Below are positions 13,046 to 24,752 of a stretch of 64,000 nucleotides of DNA, one piece after another. The notes beneath the pieces were generated by a model, which saw only the letters and a list, made by a program, of their open reading frames with translations, was not told where the DNA came from and searched no databases. The first letter of the stretch is position 1. Each line of letters opens with the position of its first letter. Source of the stretch: Octopus sinensis (lineage: Eukaryota). The stretch spans positions 13,578,001 through 13,642,000 of the forward strand of contig NC_043004.1 of NCBI RefSeq assembly GCF_006345805.1, written 5' to 3'. The translations under genes and the position numbers were made by a program.

Positions 13046-13636
13046 AAGGCGGCGAGCTGGCGGAAACGTTTGCACGCCGGACGAAATGCTTAGCGGTATT
13101 TCGTCTGCTGTTACGTTGTGAGTTCAAATTCCGCCGAGGTCGACTTTGCCTTTCATCCTTTCGGGGTCGATAAATTAAGTACCAGTTACGCATTGGGGTC
13201 GATGTAATCGACTTAATACCTATGTCTGTCCTTGTTTGTCCCCTCTGTGTTTAGCCCCTTGTGGGTAATAAAGAAATAGGTATTTCGTCTGCTGTTACGT
13301 TGTGAGTTCGAATTCCTCGGAGGTCGACTTTGCCTTTCATCCTTTCGGAGTCGATAAATTAAATACCAGTTACGTACTGGGGTCGATATAATCGACTTAA
13401 TCCCTTTGTCTGTCCTTGCTTGTCCTCTCTGTGTTTAGCCCCTTGTGGGTAGTAAAGAAATAGGTATTTCGTCTGTCTTTACATCCTGTGTCCAAATTCC
13501 GTCGAGGTCGACTTTGCCTTTCATCCTTTCGGGATTGATGAACTAAGTACCAGTTGCGTAGTGGGGTCGATCTAATCGACGAGCGCCCACCCCCAAAATT
13601 TCGAGCCTAGTGCCTAGAGTATAAAAGAATACTTAT
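13046..13636 (+). mobile_element. SINE family B (OK-like) tandem trimer
   Basis: One head (AAGGCGGCGAGCTGGC), a B-box-like GAGTTCAAATTCC, then two headless units of about 185 bp joined at AAAGAAATAG|GTATTTCGTCTG. Confidence 0.9.
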
Positions 13637-13705
13637 GGTACAAATTTTGATACAATTGTTAAGATTGCGATGGAAATATTGCTGCCGACCCTTGTTCTTT
13701 TATTG

Positions 13706-13910
13706 CGAGCTAGCAGAGTCGTTAGCACCGGAGTGGGAGCTTAGCAACATTTCCTCTGTCTAAGCTCTGTGTTCAAATTCTGCCATGGTCGACTTTGCTT
13801 TCCGTCCTTCCTAGGTCGATAAAATAAGTAGTAGTGAAACACTGGTGTGGATGTAATTGACTAATCCCCGACCATTTCCGGTCTTGTGCCTGCCTATAGT
13901 AGAAAGGATT
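13706..13910 (+). mobile_element. SINE family B, diverged copy
   Basis: GCGAGCTAGCAGAGTCGTTAGCAC ... GTTCAAATTC ... GTCGACTTTGC ... GTCGATAAAATAAGTA. Confidence 0.8.
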
Positions 13911-14049
13911 CTTTCTTTCTTTCTTTCTGTATGCATGTATGTATGTACGTATGTATGTACGTATGTATGTATGTATGTATGTATGTATGTATGTATGCAT
14001 GTACGTATGTATGCATGTATGTATGTATGTATGTATGTATATATATATA

Positions 14050-14470
14050 GGCGCAGGAGTGGCTGTGTGGTAAGTAGCTTGCTAACCAACCACATGGTTC
14101 TGGGTTCAGTCCCACTGCGTGGGTGGCATCTTGGGCAAGTGTCTTCTGCTATAGCTCCGGGCCGACCAATGCCTTGTGAGTGGATTTGGTAGACGGAAAC
14201 TGAAAGAAGCCTGTCGTATATATGTATATATATATAAGTGTGTGTGTATATGTTTGTGTGTCTGTGTTTGTCCCCCTAGCATTACTTGACAACCGATGCT
14301 GGTGTGTTTACGTCCCCGTCACTTAGCGGCTCGGCAAAAGAGACCGATAGAATAAGTACTGGGCTTACAAAGAATAAGTCCCGGGGTCGATTTGCTCGAC
14401 TAAAGGCGGTGCTCCAGCATGGCCGCAGTCAAATGACTGAAACAAGTAAAAGAGTAAAAAAAAGAGTAAA
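14050..14470 (+). mobile_element. SINE family A, full length
   Basis: Runs from the GGCGCAGGAGTGGC head to the AAACAAGTAAAAGAGTAAA tail. Confidence 0.92.
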
Positions 14471-14489
14471 GATATAGATAGATAGATAA

Positions 14490-14575
<86 letters not shown>

Positions 14576-14920
14576 GGGGATAGATATTAAAGTTTAACGC
14601 CTACAGCAATGGTTTCCGAACTTACGAGTTAAAGCCACCCCCACACCATATTAGCGGAAATGTCAAGCCGTAGCTGTATACTAATGAGAAGACAGAAAAG
14701 AATTTGCACCCACATAGTTTTGTGCGTAAACCATCTCAATTTAATTATCCGCAGTAATTCATATGCCACATTTTCATACCTTAGAGACTTTTCTATGTGA
14801 AACACTATACTAAATAACCTCAAAGTAAATGAACACGGTTATTTTCCATTTATTGAATAGCATTGCTCAATATGCTATACATCTAGCTTTGTAGAAAAAC
14901 AATTGCCGAACGATGGTGTA

Positions 14921-15138
14921 CAAGGGGTTGCTGAAAAGTTCCTGGCTTGGGTAAAAGTGAATACAGGAGGATCTGTTAATTATAATTTTTATTCAATATA
15001 TTCCCCTCTCAGATTCACACAGTTATTGCTGCAGTTCTTCAGGTTTTCTAAGCCCTGTAATAGAACTTGGAAAGTTGGGCCTCCAGCCAGGCTTTTTGCG
15101 ATACCCTTCAAGTCAGGAACTTTTCAACACCCACCCCG
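14921..15138. mobile_element. Mariner-like non-autonomous element (218 bp)
   Basis: TA|CAAGGGGTTGCTGAAAAGTTCCTGGCTT at the left end, and the inverted AAGTCAGGAACTTTTCAACACCCACCCCG at the right end. Confidence 0.8.
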
Positions 15139-15408
15139 TGCGTGATATCAGATTACACAGTTACCCGAAGGTGATGCTCAATGTTGAAGTATAATAATTT
15201 TTCAGTATTGAGCTTGAATTAAGACCAAAATAAAAAACACAAAGGATATCGAGTAGTAGCCCACGGGATAAATAGGATTACATAATAGTTAGGGTGTAGT
15301 TAATTCCTTCCTATGGCTCGTCCGTTGTGGCAGAAACGATGAGCTAGCTTATATTTGAGAGCGAACTGTATTTCATTGATAAAATACTTTGAGTATATTA
15401 CGAGGAAT

Positions 15409-15796
15409 GTGGAGGCGCAATGGCCCAGTGGTTAGGGCAGCGGACTCGCGGTCATAGGATCGCGGTTTCGATTCCCAGACCGGTCGTTGTGAGTGTTTAT
15501 TGAGTGAAAACACCTAAAAGCTCCATGAGGCTCCGCCAGGGAATGGTGGTGATCCCTGCTGTACTCTTTCACCACAACTTTCTCTCACTCTTACTTCCTG
15601 TTTCTGTTGTACCTGTATTTCAAGGGGCCGGCCTTGTCACTCTCTGTGTCACGCTGAATATCCCCGAGAATTACGTTAAGGGTGCACGTGTCTGTGGAGT
15701 GCTCAGCCACTTACACGTTAATTTCACGAGCAGGCTGTTCCGTTGATTCGGATCAACCGGAACCCTCATCGTGGTAACCGACGGAGTGCTTCCAAA
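15409..15796 (+). mobile_element. tRNA-derived SINE family C with 12-bp target-site duplication
   Basis: A-box TGGCCCAGTGG and B-box GGTTTCGATTCC. ATTACGAGGAAT flanks both ends (15397-15408 and 15797-15808). Confidence 0.9.
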
Positions 15797-15995
15797 ATTA
15801 CGAGGAATATGAAAACTCACCTGAAGGAAATTATGAATTTAAATGCCAGCCTATTTTTTTGATTTTCTTTTTCATCTAAAGATTCCACAATCTAGTGAAG
15901 ATTACTGTAGTCTTTTCCCAAGCTTCTAATAATCGCGGTATATTGTCTTTTTTGATAAGTTTACAATGCTGTATGTGTATATGTAGTAGCAATTC

Positions 15996-16295
15996 GATGA
16001 GCTGGCAGAATCGTTAACACACCGGGCAAAATGCTTAGCCGTATTTCGTCCGTCTTTACTTTGTGGGTTCAAATTCCGCCGAGATCGACTTTAATTTTAA
16101 TCTTTTTGGGGTCGACTGCTGAACGATATAAACGGCATTCGTCCATCTTTATATTCTGGGTTCAAATTCCTCTGATGTCAACTTTTGCCTTTGGGGGCTG
16201 AGAAGATCAATACCAGTTCAGAACGCAGGTCGTTGTAATCGACTAGCGCCTCGCCCAGAATTTCAAGTTTTGTGCCTATAGTTAAAAAAGGGTTA
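15996..16295 (+). mobile_element. SINE family B, diverged partial dimer
   Basis: Head GATGAGCTGGCAGAATCG; GGGTTCAAATTCC occurs twice. Confidence 0.75.
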
Positions 16296-17521
16296 TTCTT
16301 GATGTAATTAAACCAAGAAATGTTTTCATGTTGAGTAGTAACATGAGAGTCCACGCGATACATCCTATATTGCGGCAGTGTAGACCGAGGTAAAAAGAAA
16401 GAAATGTGTTAGACCTCGATACAGTACAAACATTTATATTTCTGCATTTTGTCAGTACATATAATTATATTCATCTCAGGTGTGCTTGCTATCGGAAATA
16501 TGTATCAGAATGTTTGGGAATGTTTCTTCTATTTAACTCTCTAAACGTTACTAACGATCTTTCACTATCCCCATTCGATCTAAAAGATTGTTCCAAAATA
16601 TTAACGCCATTCTACTGCTGATAGAAATGACTGGAGCAAAATTAGCAGAATAAATTTGTGGGTGTTGCTTTCCTGCCAGATCCGACTTCAGAACGGTCGG
16701 AAACGATTTTTCTTTTCTTCCCAGCAGAAATCTATAAAAGTAGACAGTAATACCACTTGAGTTTATAAAAGAGGTATACTGACGTAGATTAAGTCGACAA
16801 CACGCCTCCCCTATGAATACGTTGCTTATTTTAAGAAATACATATTATCTATTTTTAATCTATTACAGATTGACGAAGAAAAAAAAACACAACAAATATT
16901 TTTATTTTGTTATTGCTGCTGAATTACTTTGAAGTGTTTAGACGAAGAAGTAAACAAGTGGTGTTTAAATTTTCTTTTAAATTCTGTTTAAACAAATTAC
17001 GTTTAACTAAATTTACATCATTTACAGATAAATGTTGATTTACAGTAATTACGACGAAAATCAATCATACTTTCTTCACACGTTAAATTTTAAAACAGAA
17101 AGTATATATTTATTTATATGTTTATTTCTTTAACTCATCTTTTTTTTTTTTTTTGCTTGACGTATTTGCTGAATAGAAGAGAACTGTTATTTGTCAATCT
17201 ACCACTGGTACCTACCAATATGTCAGAAAATTGACTGTATTCTCAGAAAAAAAAAATGATAATAATAATAATGATAACAGAATCAAAATAAAATAAAGTA
17301 AAATAGAACGAATGTCTCTCAATTTTAACAGCTCACTTATCTACCCCAACTAAACTCTTATCTTGTCGGTGATGTTTTGGGTATATTGTTTGATTTTTTT
17401 GCTAGCTTTTGCTTAATTTCATTTTCTACTCTTTATTGGTTCTGTCTTAACTCTTTTATATTTCATAGTAAGTAGAGGCATTCTTGTTGCATATAATTGT
17501 ACGTATGAATATGTTTACGTA

Positions 17522-17564
<43 letters not shown>

Positions 17565-17589
17565 ATATATATATATATGTATGCATATG

Positions 17590-17647
<58 letters not shown>

Positions 17648-17677
17648 TGTATGTATATATATATGTATGTATATATG

Positions 17678-17740
<63 letters not shown>

Positions 17741-17769
17741 GTATGTATATATGTATGTATGTATGTATG

Positions 17770-17821
<52 letters not shown>

Positions 17822-18973
17822 AATATATATATATGTGTGTGTGTGTGTGTGCGTTAGTAAGTGCGTGAGTCCTCCAATTTTTAATAATTGCTTATGAGTA
17901 TGTGTACATATGTATTTAAGTTGATTTGCATTTAAATGCGAATATAATGTATATTTCTATATAAATGTAAATTTTTAAGACTATGTGTGGATATGCGTAA
18001 GTGTGTGCCTACGTGTGTACTTGTGTGTGTGGGGTGGGGTGGGGGTGGATGTAGAGTCAGAAATTAGTAGAAATGTGAAGTGTTTTAACTTTCGGCAACG
18101 CCTTCATGCCACATCAAGTCAGCAAATACACTGCTACAGAGTTATCTCAACTTCTCCCTGATAGATGTCCAACACTTTTTCAAATCACCTAACACCTAAC
18201 ATTAAAATTGAGTGCAAAATTCCATTAAGAAGACGTCAATATTGACACAAATTGACGTTAATTTAGTGAAGAAGCACTCTCACAGCTTATATAATGGATT
18301 TCCACCATCATTTATTTGATCACTTACTCACTAGCAGCTTCAGCTAGAGAGGAAATGTAGTTGGCATGTATAGAAACAGAAGAAAACTGATAAAGGTCTG
18401 TAGTTTTATATTGCTTGCTGGATAAATCGTTTGGTGCTTACAATAGAGACTGCGAATGGTTTAGTTCTGCAATAAACAGGCATATATTGTCTCATATTCC
18501 GTGTAGTTCAAATATTCACTTTTAAATCTTCAGAGTTCTTTTTATGGCGGACTAGCAAACCAATCCCGTGAAAAATGCCTGTAGCTTACCGTATGGGGCT
18601 TACCATTTGGGGCTTATAACAGAGACTGTGTTATTTAATTGTGATCCTAAAATTATCACTTTTAAACAATTAGATATATTCTCCCATCCCGTTAAACTCA
18701 AATTTCCTCTGCTTATTCTTAACTGTTCCTTTTTATTGTGATGTGTCGATTAGTTTAATTTTTTCACATAGTCACGTTCTTGCAAATTCCAGTGAAGTTT
18801 TGAGCTTACAATTCCGTTCTGCTGAACATCTTCCTTCAGTAATATATTTTACGTTCTCTTCTTTTTTTCTTTTCTTTTAAGAACTTTGTCCTAGAGATGT
18901 TTGTTATATTATTGGTGTTTTGCATTTTTGGCAAACCAAATGATCTGAATGGGTTTATAAATTGCAATATATA

Positions 18974-19368
18974 CAGACTGTGTGGTTTGATATTTGCTTC
19001 TGAACCACATAGACCAGAATTCAGTCGCAGTGTGGCACCTTGAGCAAGTGTCTTCCATTATAGCATCAAGATGACCAAGCAACTGTTAAGTAGTGGATTT
19101 AGTAGACGGATATATATATGTGTGGAGTGGGTGGATGTGTTTTGTGTGTGTGTGTGTGTGTGCGTGTGTGTTTCACCCCCACAACTGGCTGAAATACTGG
19201 AGTTGGTGTGTTTACGTCCCCGTGATCTAACGATTCGTCAAACGGGATAGATAGGATATGCATCTTAATTAAAAGTACTGGGGTTGATTCATTCGCTCGA
19301 CTAACATTGTTGAAGACGGTGCACCAGCATGGCTGCACTCTAACAATTCAAACAAGTAAAAGGAATAT
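18974..19368 (+). mobile_element. SINE family A, old diverged copy
   Basis: Colinear motifs GTGGCACCTTGAGCAAGTGTCTT, GTAGACGGA and GGTGCACCAGCATGGCTGCA. Confidence 0.75.
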
Positions 19369-19399
19369 ATACATATATATATATATAAGGAGAATTCAC

Positions 19400-20370
19400 T
19401 CCCCCCAAAAGACGTAGACAGGTGGTGTAGACAACAAACAGATGTATTAGTATAACGCTCGGGAAGTGAAAAAGTTTTTAACGTTTCGAGCCTACTCTCT
19501 TCCACAGAAAGGAAGAAGGAGAAAAAATAACGAATGTGTAGTGGCTAGCGCTCTATCGCAGGAGAGCTAGGGAGAAGGTGAGATAATAAAGTAGTGATGA
19601 TTCCAAAACAAAGGTGCGCGTGCGTGTGTGTAAGGGACTTTGTACGTGCGTGTGTGTATGAGTAAATGTGTATGAGTAGGGTCTGGGAAGTGGTCAGTGC
19701 TGATGTGCGTGTATGTATGAGTAAATGTGTATGAGTAGGGTCTGGGAAGTGGTCAGTGCTGATGTGTGTGTGTGTAGGTGTGTTGTGATGTGATGTGTTG
19801 GAAGTAGGTGTGAGGGGGAGAGAGATGAGAGAGGAGGTTAGATGAAGAGGGAAGGAGAGTTGAGCCCATGTGGGTCAAAGGAGTGAAGAGAGAAGATTAA
19901 TCCCTGTTCACGGCGCAAACAGGAGTCCGGATGGCCCCTGTGCAAGGACAATCCGAACACGGCTAGGTGATGCAAAGAGTGACCGGTAGAGTGTGCGGTA
20001 GCAGGGGAACGAGTCGGTTTAGGAGGTTGGGTTAGGGAAGAAGCTGTGGACCAAGAGGTCACGTAGATTGTGGGCTCGTTTGAAGGAGGGAAGGGGTCGA
20101 TTAGGGGAGATGTGCGAAGTGGAGAGGTCGGATTGGAGTCGCCGGAAGGCTCGGAGAGTGGTGCGTTGGAGAAGCAGGGCGGTGGGGTGGTAGATGAGGA
20201 GAAATGGGAGGCGGGAGACGGTAGTGCAGGTTCGGGGGGAGAGAGCAGATGCACGGTCCACGGAACGTGCTCTGGCAAGGACGGTGTAGATAGTGGTGAG
20301 GAGATATCCACGTAAGATGAAGTGGCGATCCATGTGTTGAGACTGAGGCTCAAAGTCATAGTCGTCACTA
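19400..20370 (-). mobile_element. Penelope-like retroelement, 5'-truncated, GIY-YIG core apparently deleted
   Basis: Minus frames give DYDFEPQSQHMDRHFILRGY...RLPFLLIYHP...FKRAHNLRDLLVHS (post-RT linker) and STGHSLHHLAVFGLSLHRG...EQGLIFSLHSFDPHGLN (endonuclease C-terminus). The 3' UTR has a tandem repeat of about 59 bp (about 19647-19767) and an HHR motif. Confidence 0.85.
19474..19511 (-). ncRNA. Minimal type I hammerhead-like motif, variant core CUGUGGA
   Basis: Minus strand: CUUU-CUGUGGA-A-GAG AGUAGG CUC-GAAA-C-GUU-AAAAAC. Stem III is the palindrome AACGUU; stem I is weak. Confidence 0.5.
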
Positions 20371-20495
20371 TATAAATTTAAATAATAAGGGTGAAAAATT
20401 GTATATTAATTTGATTAATATCAATTTAAAACCAGAGGCCTAGCACATTGAAAAATTTGAAGATTCAGAAATGTAATGTGTTTGTGTGTGTGTGT

Positions 20496-20547
<52 letters not shown>

Positions 20548-21364
20548 TGTGTGTGTTTGCATATAACGCTTTACTGTTGAACATATAATTCATCGATGGT
20601 TTTAAAGTAAAATGGTCATATACATAAACAGTGAGACTAGCGGTCTGCCTAATGAACTACTAGCTCCTTATGTTTGCTTTCCCTTGTAGCTGAAAAAGGA
20701 AATATTATCGATATCAATGATGTCATTATACGATGTATGCAAGGCACTAAGGTTCCCTGCCGAAGTTTTCTGTGTAAACTTCATATGATAACGTGTGATA
20801 ACAATTTCTATCTTAGATTTTGTAACTGTATTTTCATGCTGTTTCTAATCCCACGATCCAAACTATATTCAAACATAGTTTCCATTTTAAATAATATTAC
20901 AATATAATAAATGGGTTGTCATCAATGAATTCTTATGTGACTCCGTTATCAAATTCAAATTTGAAATTTATGACGGTTTTCTTCACCAAGTAACAATCAG
21001 AAGTAATGGATGTGAAATGGAAATGGAACCTGGTAGTGGAAATTTTCCTTATTACAGCTAACATGGGATCAAAACAAGAACAAGACAAGAGTATGCAGTG
21101 TCGTTTTTATTAACATTCAAACCATTATATACCTCATTACAATTGTTCAGGTTCCACTTTAGCTAAATCATGGTAAACCACTACAAATACTCTATACTTT
21201 GTGAACGGAACTCTTGTCAACTTTACATCCTTATAAAATTACATTTAAGTTAGGACTAACATTGTTCTGAAGTAATAAAAGGATATATAAAGGATGTCCA
21301 TAATATTTCTCAGTTTAGGTATTTATGTAGCTACGACAATTTCTGCATCAATAATGCTCAACAC

Positions 21365-21767
21365 TGGCTGTGTGGTAAGTAGCTTGCTACCCAACCACAT
21401 GGTTCCGGGTTCAGTCCCACTGCGTGGCATCTTAGGCAAGTGTCTTCTGCTATAGCCTCGGGCCGACCAATGCCTTGTGAATGGATTTGGTAGACGGAAA
21501 CTGAAAGAAGCCTGTCGTATATATGTATGTATATATATATATGTATGTGTGTTTGTGTGTCTGTGTTTGTCCCCCTAGCATTGCTTGACAACCGATGCTG
21601 GTGTGTTTACGTCCCCGTCACTTAGTGGTTCGGCAAAATAGACCGATAGAATAAGTACTGGGCTTACAATAAATAAGTCCCGGTGTCGATTTGCTCGACT
21701 AAAGGTGGTGTTCCAGCATGGCCGCTGTCAAAGGACTGAAACAAGTAAAAGAGTAAAGAGTAAAGAG
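21365..21767 (+). mobile_element. SINE family A, nearly full length
   Basis: Colinear with 14050-14470. A separate tail remnant lies at about 21850-21900. Confidence 0.9.
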
Positions 21768-21907
21768 ATAGTTACTGTCAACTCATGGACTGCTTTTCTA
21801 AAGAAGTTTAAAGCATTCTAAACACGACAAAAATAATTACATCTTTATAATGGCGGTGCCCCAGCAAGGCCACAGCTCATGAGCTGAAACTAGAAAAATC
21901 AAAAAAA

Positions 21908-22301
21908 ATATATAAAAGTGAAGTTGTGTGTCTGTCTCCTACGATTTAGATTCCTAACTACTCCCACATTTTGCGGTGCAGTGTAACCAAAAGCGGGTAT
22001 CTTATAGTCGTGATTTATATCGAGCCCTTCTGGGTATTAGCGCGCGTCTACGATGAGTCTACGATTTAAAAAAAAAATTACCATCATTTTTTTCCATTTT
22101 AATGCATTTTTTCGCTATTATATAAGGGAAGTAACTCTGTAAAAATGTCAACGATAAGTCAACGATTTTTAAAAAAAAATTACCATCATTTTTTTTCCAT
22201 TTTTAATGCATTTATTTGCTATTGTTTGGCTATAACTCTCTAAAAATGCTTATATAGTTATTTCCCTTACAAACCCGAGCAACGCCGGGCGATACTGCTA
22301 G
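21908..22301 (+). mobile_element. Non-autonomous Helitron
   Basis: 3' end CCCG-AGCAACGC-CGGG hairpin followed by ...CTAG|T (22298-22302). The 5' region is TATATAAAAGTGAAGTTGTGTGTCTGTC, and there is an internal direct repeat with a period of about 100 bp. Confidence 0.8.
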
Positions 22302-22851
22302 TTTGAAATAAATGTTTAATTACTTACGCCCAGATGAATGTATTACCACATTTTTTCAGTTTAATATATGTCGTGAAGAGGCCTTCCGAGTGTCATACCG
22401 ATCTCTTGGATACCTCTCCGAAACGGCACCGGCCCACTTGTCTGTGGCCCAGCTTTTTTAAGTTTTGAAAAAAAATTTGAATTTTTGCTTTTGGAATTCT
22501 GAGAACAAGTTATTCACTCCACTCCGTCCACCAACTTCCTTAGTTTGCGTATGAACATGCAATGATATTCCTATCATGTATCTTTCATTTGCATCGTAGC
22601 AAATCGAGGTCCACCCACCCCTGCTTCTCCGTAGCCCACGTCCCACTTGTATACTAGAGCGCAGATATGAGGGTGTCATTAGTACCTGGGATCCACATAA
22701 TCGCTCAAACACAGCTGATTGAACGAGAGATTACTCTGAAAAGGCGTTCGATAGCTTCGAAATACAAACAGTGTTGTAATCGCTAAAATTGCAAGGAGTC
22801 GAGGTTCAAAACACCAAACTGCTTAGAGAGGCGAACTCCGAATTCCTTACC

Positions 22852-22891
<40 letters not shown>

Positions 22892-22959
22892 CACACACAC
22901 ATATATATATAGGGAGCAAAAGATAGAGAGAGAGATACGTAGTTAAACAGGCAGGTAGA

Positions 22960-22969
22960 TAGATTGATG

Positions 22970-23036
<67 letters not shown>

Positions 23037-23084
23037 GGATGGAAAGTTAGGTAAGAAAATAGATAGATAGATAGATAGATAGAT

Positions 23085-23116
<32 letters not shown>

Positions 23117-23237
23117 GGATGGATGGATGGATGGATGGATGGATGGATGGATAGCTAGCTAGCTAGCTAGCTAGCTAGATAGATAGATAGATAGATAGAT
23201 AGATGGATGGATGGATGGATGGATGGATGGATGGATG

Positions 23238-23303
<66 letters not shown>

Positions 23304-23318
23304 AAGTTAGGTAAGAAA

Positions 23319-23367
<49 letters not shown>

Positions 23368-23404
23368 AGGATAGATGGATGGATGGAAAGTTAGGTAAGA
23401 AAAT

Positions 23405-23450
<46 letters not shown>
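22960..23450. repeat. Compound (GATA)n/(GGAT)n/(GA)n microsatellite with a thrice-repeated GAAAGTTAGGTAAGAAAA interruption
   Basis: Direct reading; interruptions near 23042, 23302 and 23386. Confidence 0.9.
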
Positions 23451-23454
<4 letters not shown>

Positions 23455-24050
23455 TACATGTTTCAATACCTTCATAATCTTTCACCTATCCGGTATTGAT
23501 AAAATAAATACAGCAGAATAGTACGGCTAGTTAATTTCAACACCGTATCTCTTGGCCCCTGTGGTACAAATCATTACAGATACATTACGATCCTGTCCGT
23601 CAAAGTGCATATGTATGTGTGTGTGTGTGTTTGTGTGTGTATGTGAGTGTGCATATGTATATATATACATATATATTTACATATATATGTATGCATATAT
23701 TAATATATAAATTCATAATGTGTTTGTGTGGGTGTATTCCTGTGTGTTTATGCGAGTAATGTCTCATCATATCTAAATTAAATTGATAGTTATGTCGTCT
23801 ATTTGTTTTTAATGACTTCTGTATTCATCCGTTATACAAACAAATTTAAAATCACTATTACTTTTACTAATTTTAATTGAAATATCTTGCTATATTTCCA
23901 TATGTCACATCTATACATTCTGATGTTAATTGATGCGATTCTCATTACACGGCTGAGAATGTGAGCTTGTGAATATCAAACCGTTGAAAAAGACAAGAGA
24001 AAGAAAGACAGTTGATGATTGTAATCTCGTAAATGCTGAGTTTAACATTC

Positions 24051-24100
24051 GTCTAGAGCAGTGCTTCTCAAACTATCTGATGTGACATACAGGCAGTTTT
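24051..24100 (+). mobile_element. Possible orphan hAT (Charlie-like) left end
   Basis: GTCTAGAG|CAGTGCTTCTCAAACT resembles a Charlie-type target site plus TIR; no matching right end was found. Confidence 0.4.
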
Positions 24101-24232
24101 TTTTCTCCAAAATGTCAGGGATTGGTAATATTTCTTAGTAATATTAATTTATACTGGAAACAATATATATAATTAGAAATATTGAATTTCTAAATGTCTC
24201 AGAGAGACATGACCGTTGGTGGAGCGATAGAG

Positions 24233-24650
24233 TGGTTATATACTGTCAACTTAACGTGACAGTCCCGTAAAGGGAATCACACCACCGCTAGTTAGCCCTA
24301 TGAAGCATCGACGCTTCCTGTCGGCTTTTACACATTTCCTGTGTCCTTATGTTTGCGAAGGAGAGACAAGCACCCCTACCAGCTAGAGCCTGCACCTAGT
24401 TTGCGGAGGCTAGGCAAACATCTCAAATAGCAGGCCTTACTACCCTAGACTGATGACGAGCAAGACTCAGAAACATGCATGTCTCTAGGTGCAGGTCTAG
24501 CTGGTGGGGGTGCTTGTCTCCCCTTCGCAAATATAAGGACACAGGAAATATGTCAAAGCCGACAGGAAGTGTCGATGCTTCCTAGGGCTAAATAGCGGTG
24601 GTGTGATTCCCTTTACGGGACTGTCACGTTAAGTTGACAGTATACAACCA
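24233..24650. mobile_element. Foldback element 1: inverted arms of about 166 bp around an 85-bp loop containing an HHR
   Basis: 24233-24399 versus the reverse complement of 24485-24650 shows 9 substitutions and 1 indel by hand count. Confidence 0.9.
24444..24489 (+). ncRNA. Type I hammerhead ribozyme, canonical core, predicted cleavage GUC at 24483/24484
   Basis: CCUAGA-CUGAUGA-C GAG CAAGA CUC A-GAAA-CAUGCAU-GUC-UCUAGG. Stem I is a perfect 6 bp, stem II is 3 bp with a C.A opening mismatch, and stem III is the palindrome ACAUGCAUGU. Confidence 0.85.
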
Positions 24651-24695
24651 ATATATATAAGGTCGACAGAAATTTCTAAAACATTCTATTATTAC

Positions 24696-24752
24696 CATAT
24701 CGGACCGATTTCAGGGTTAGCTTATAACAGCCCTCCCTTCGTCAGTGATACA
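24696..24752 (-). ncRNA. Type I hammerhead ribozyme, canonical core
   Basis: Minus strand: UGUAUCA-CUGACGA-AGGG AG GGCU GUUAUA AGCU AA CCCU-GAAA-UCG-GUC-CGAUAUG. Confidence 0.75.

Noticed and set aside
15411-15485. tRNA-like sequences here and at 52699-52765
   Set aside because: They have A/B boxes but no complete cloverleaf and run directly into SINE bodies, so they are SINE heads, not tRNA genes.
16672-16710. CCGAC/GTCGG hairpin followed by AAACG
   Set aside because: The upstream core (CTGCCAGA) does not fit CUGANGA and there is no stem I.
18100-21300. Possible CR1/L2-like RT remnants at about 18100-18300 and 20700-21300 (also an L1-like endonuclease hint at about 46500-46750)
   Set aside because: Only vague motif echoes across multiple frameshifts; needs TBLASTN or HMM confirmation.
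22373-22430. GTGAAGAGG...CCGAAACGGC hammerhead-like string
   Set aside because: Uncompensated C3G, no NUH triplet and no stem I; at best a heavily decayed motif.
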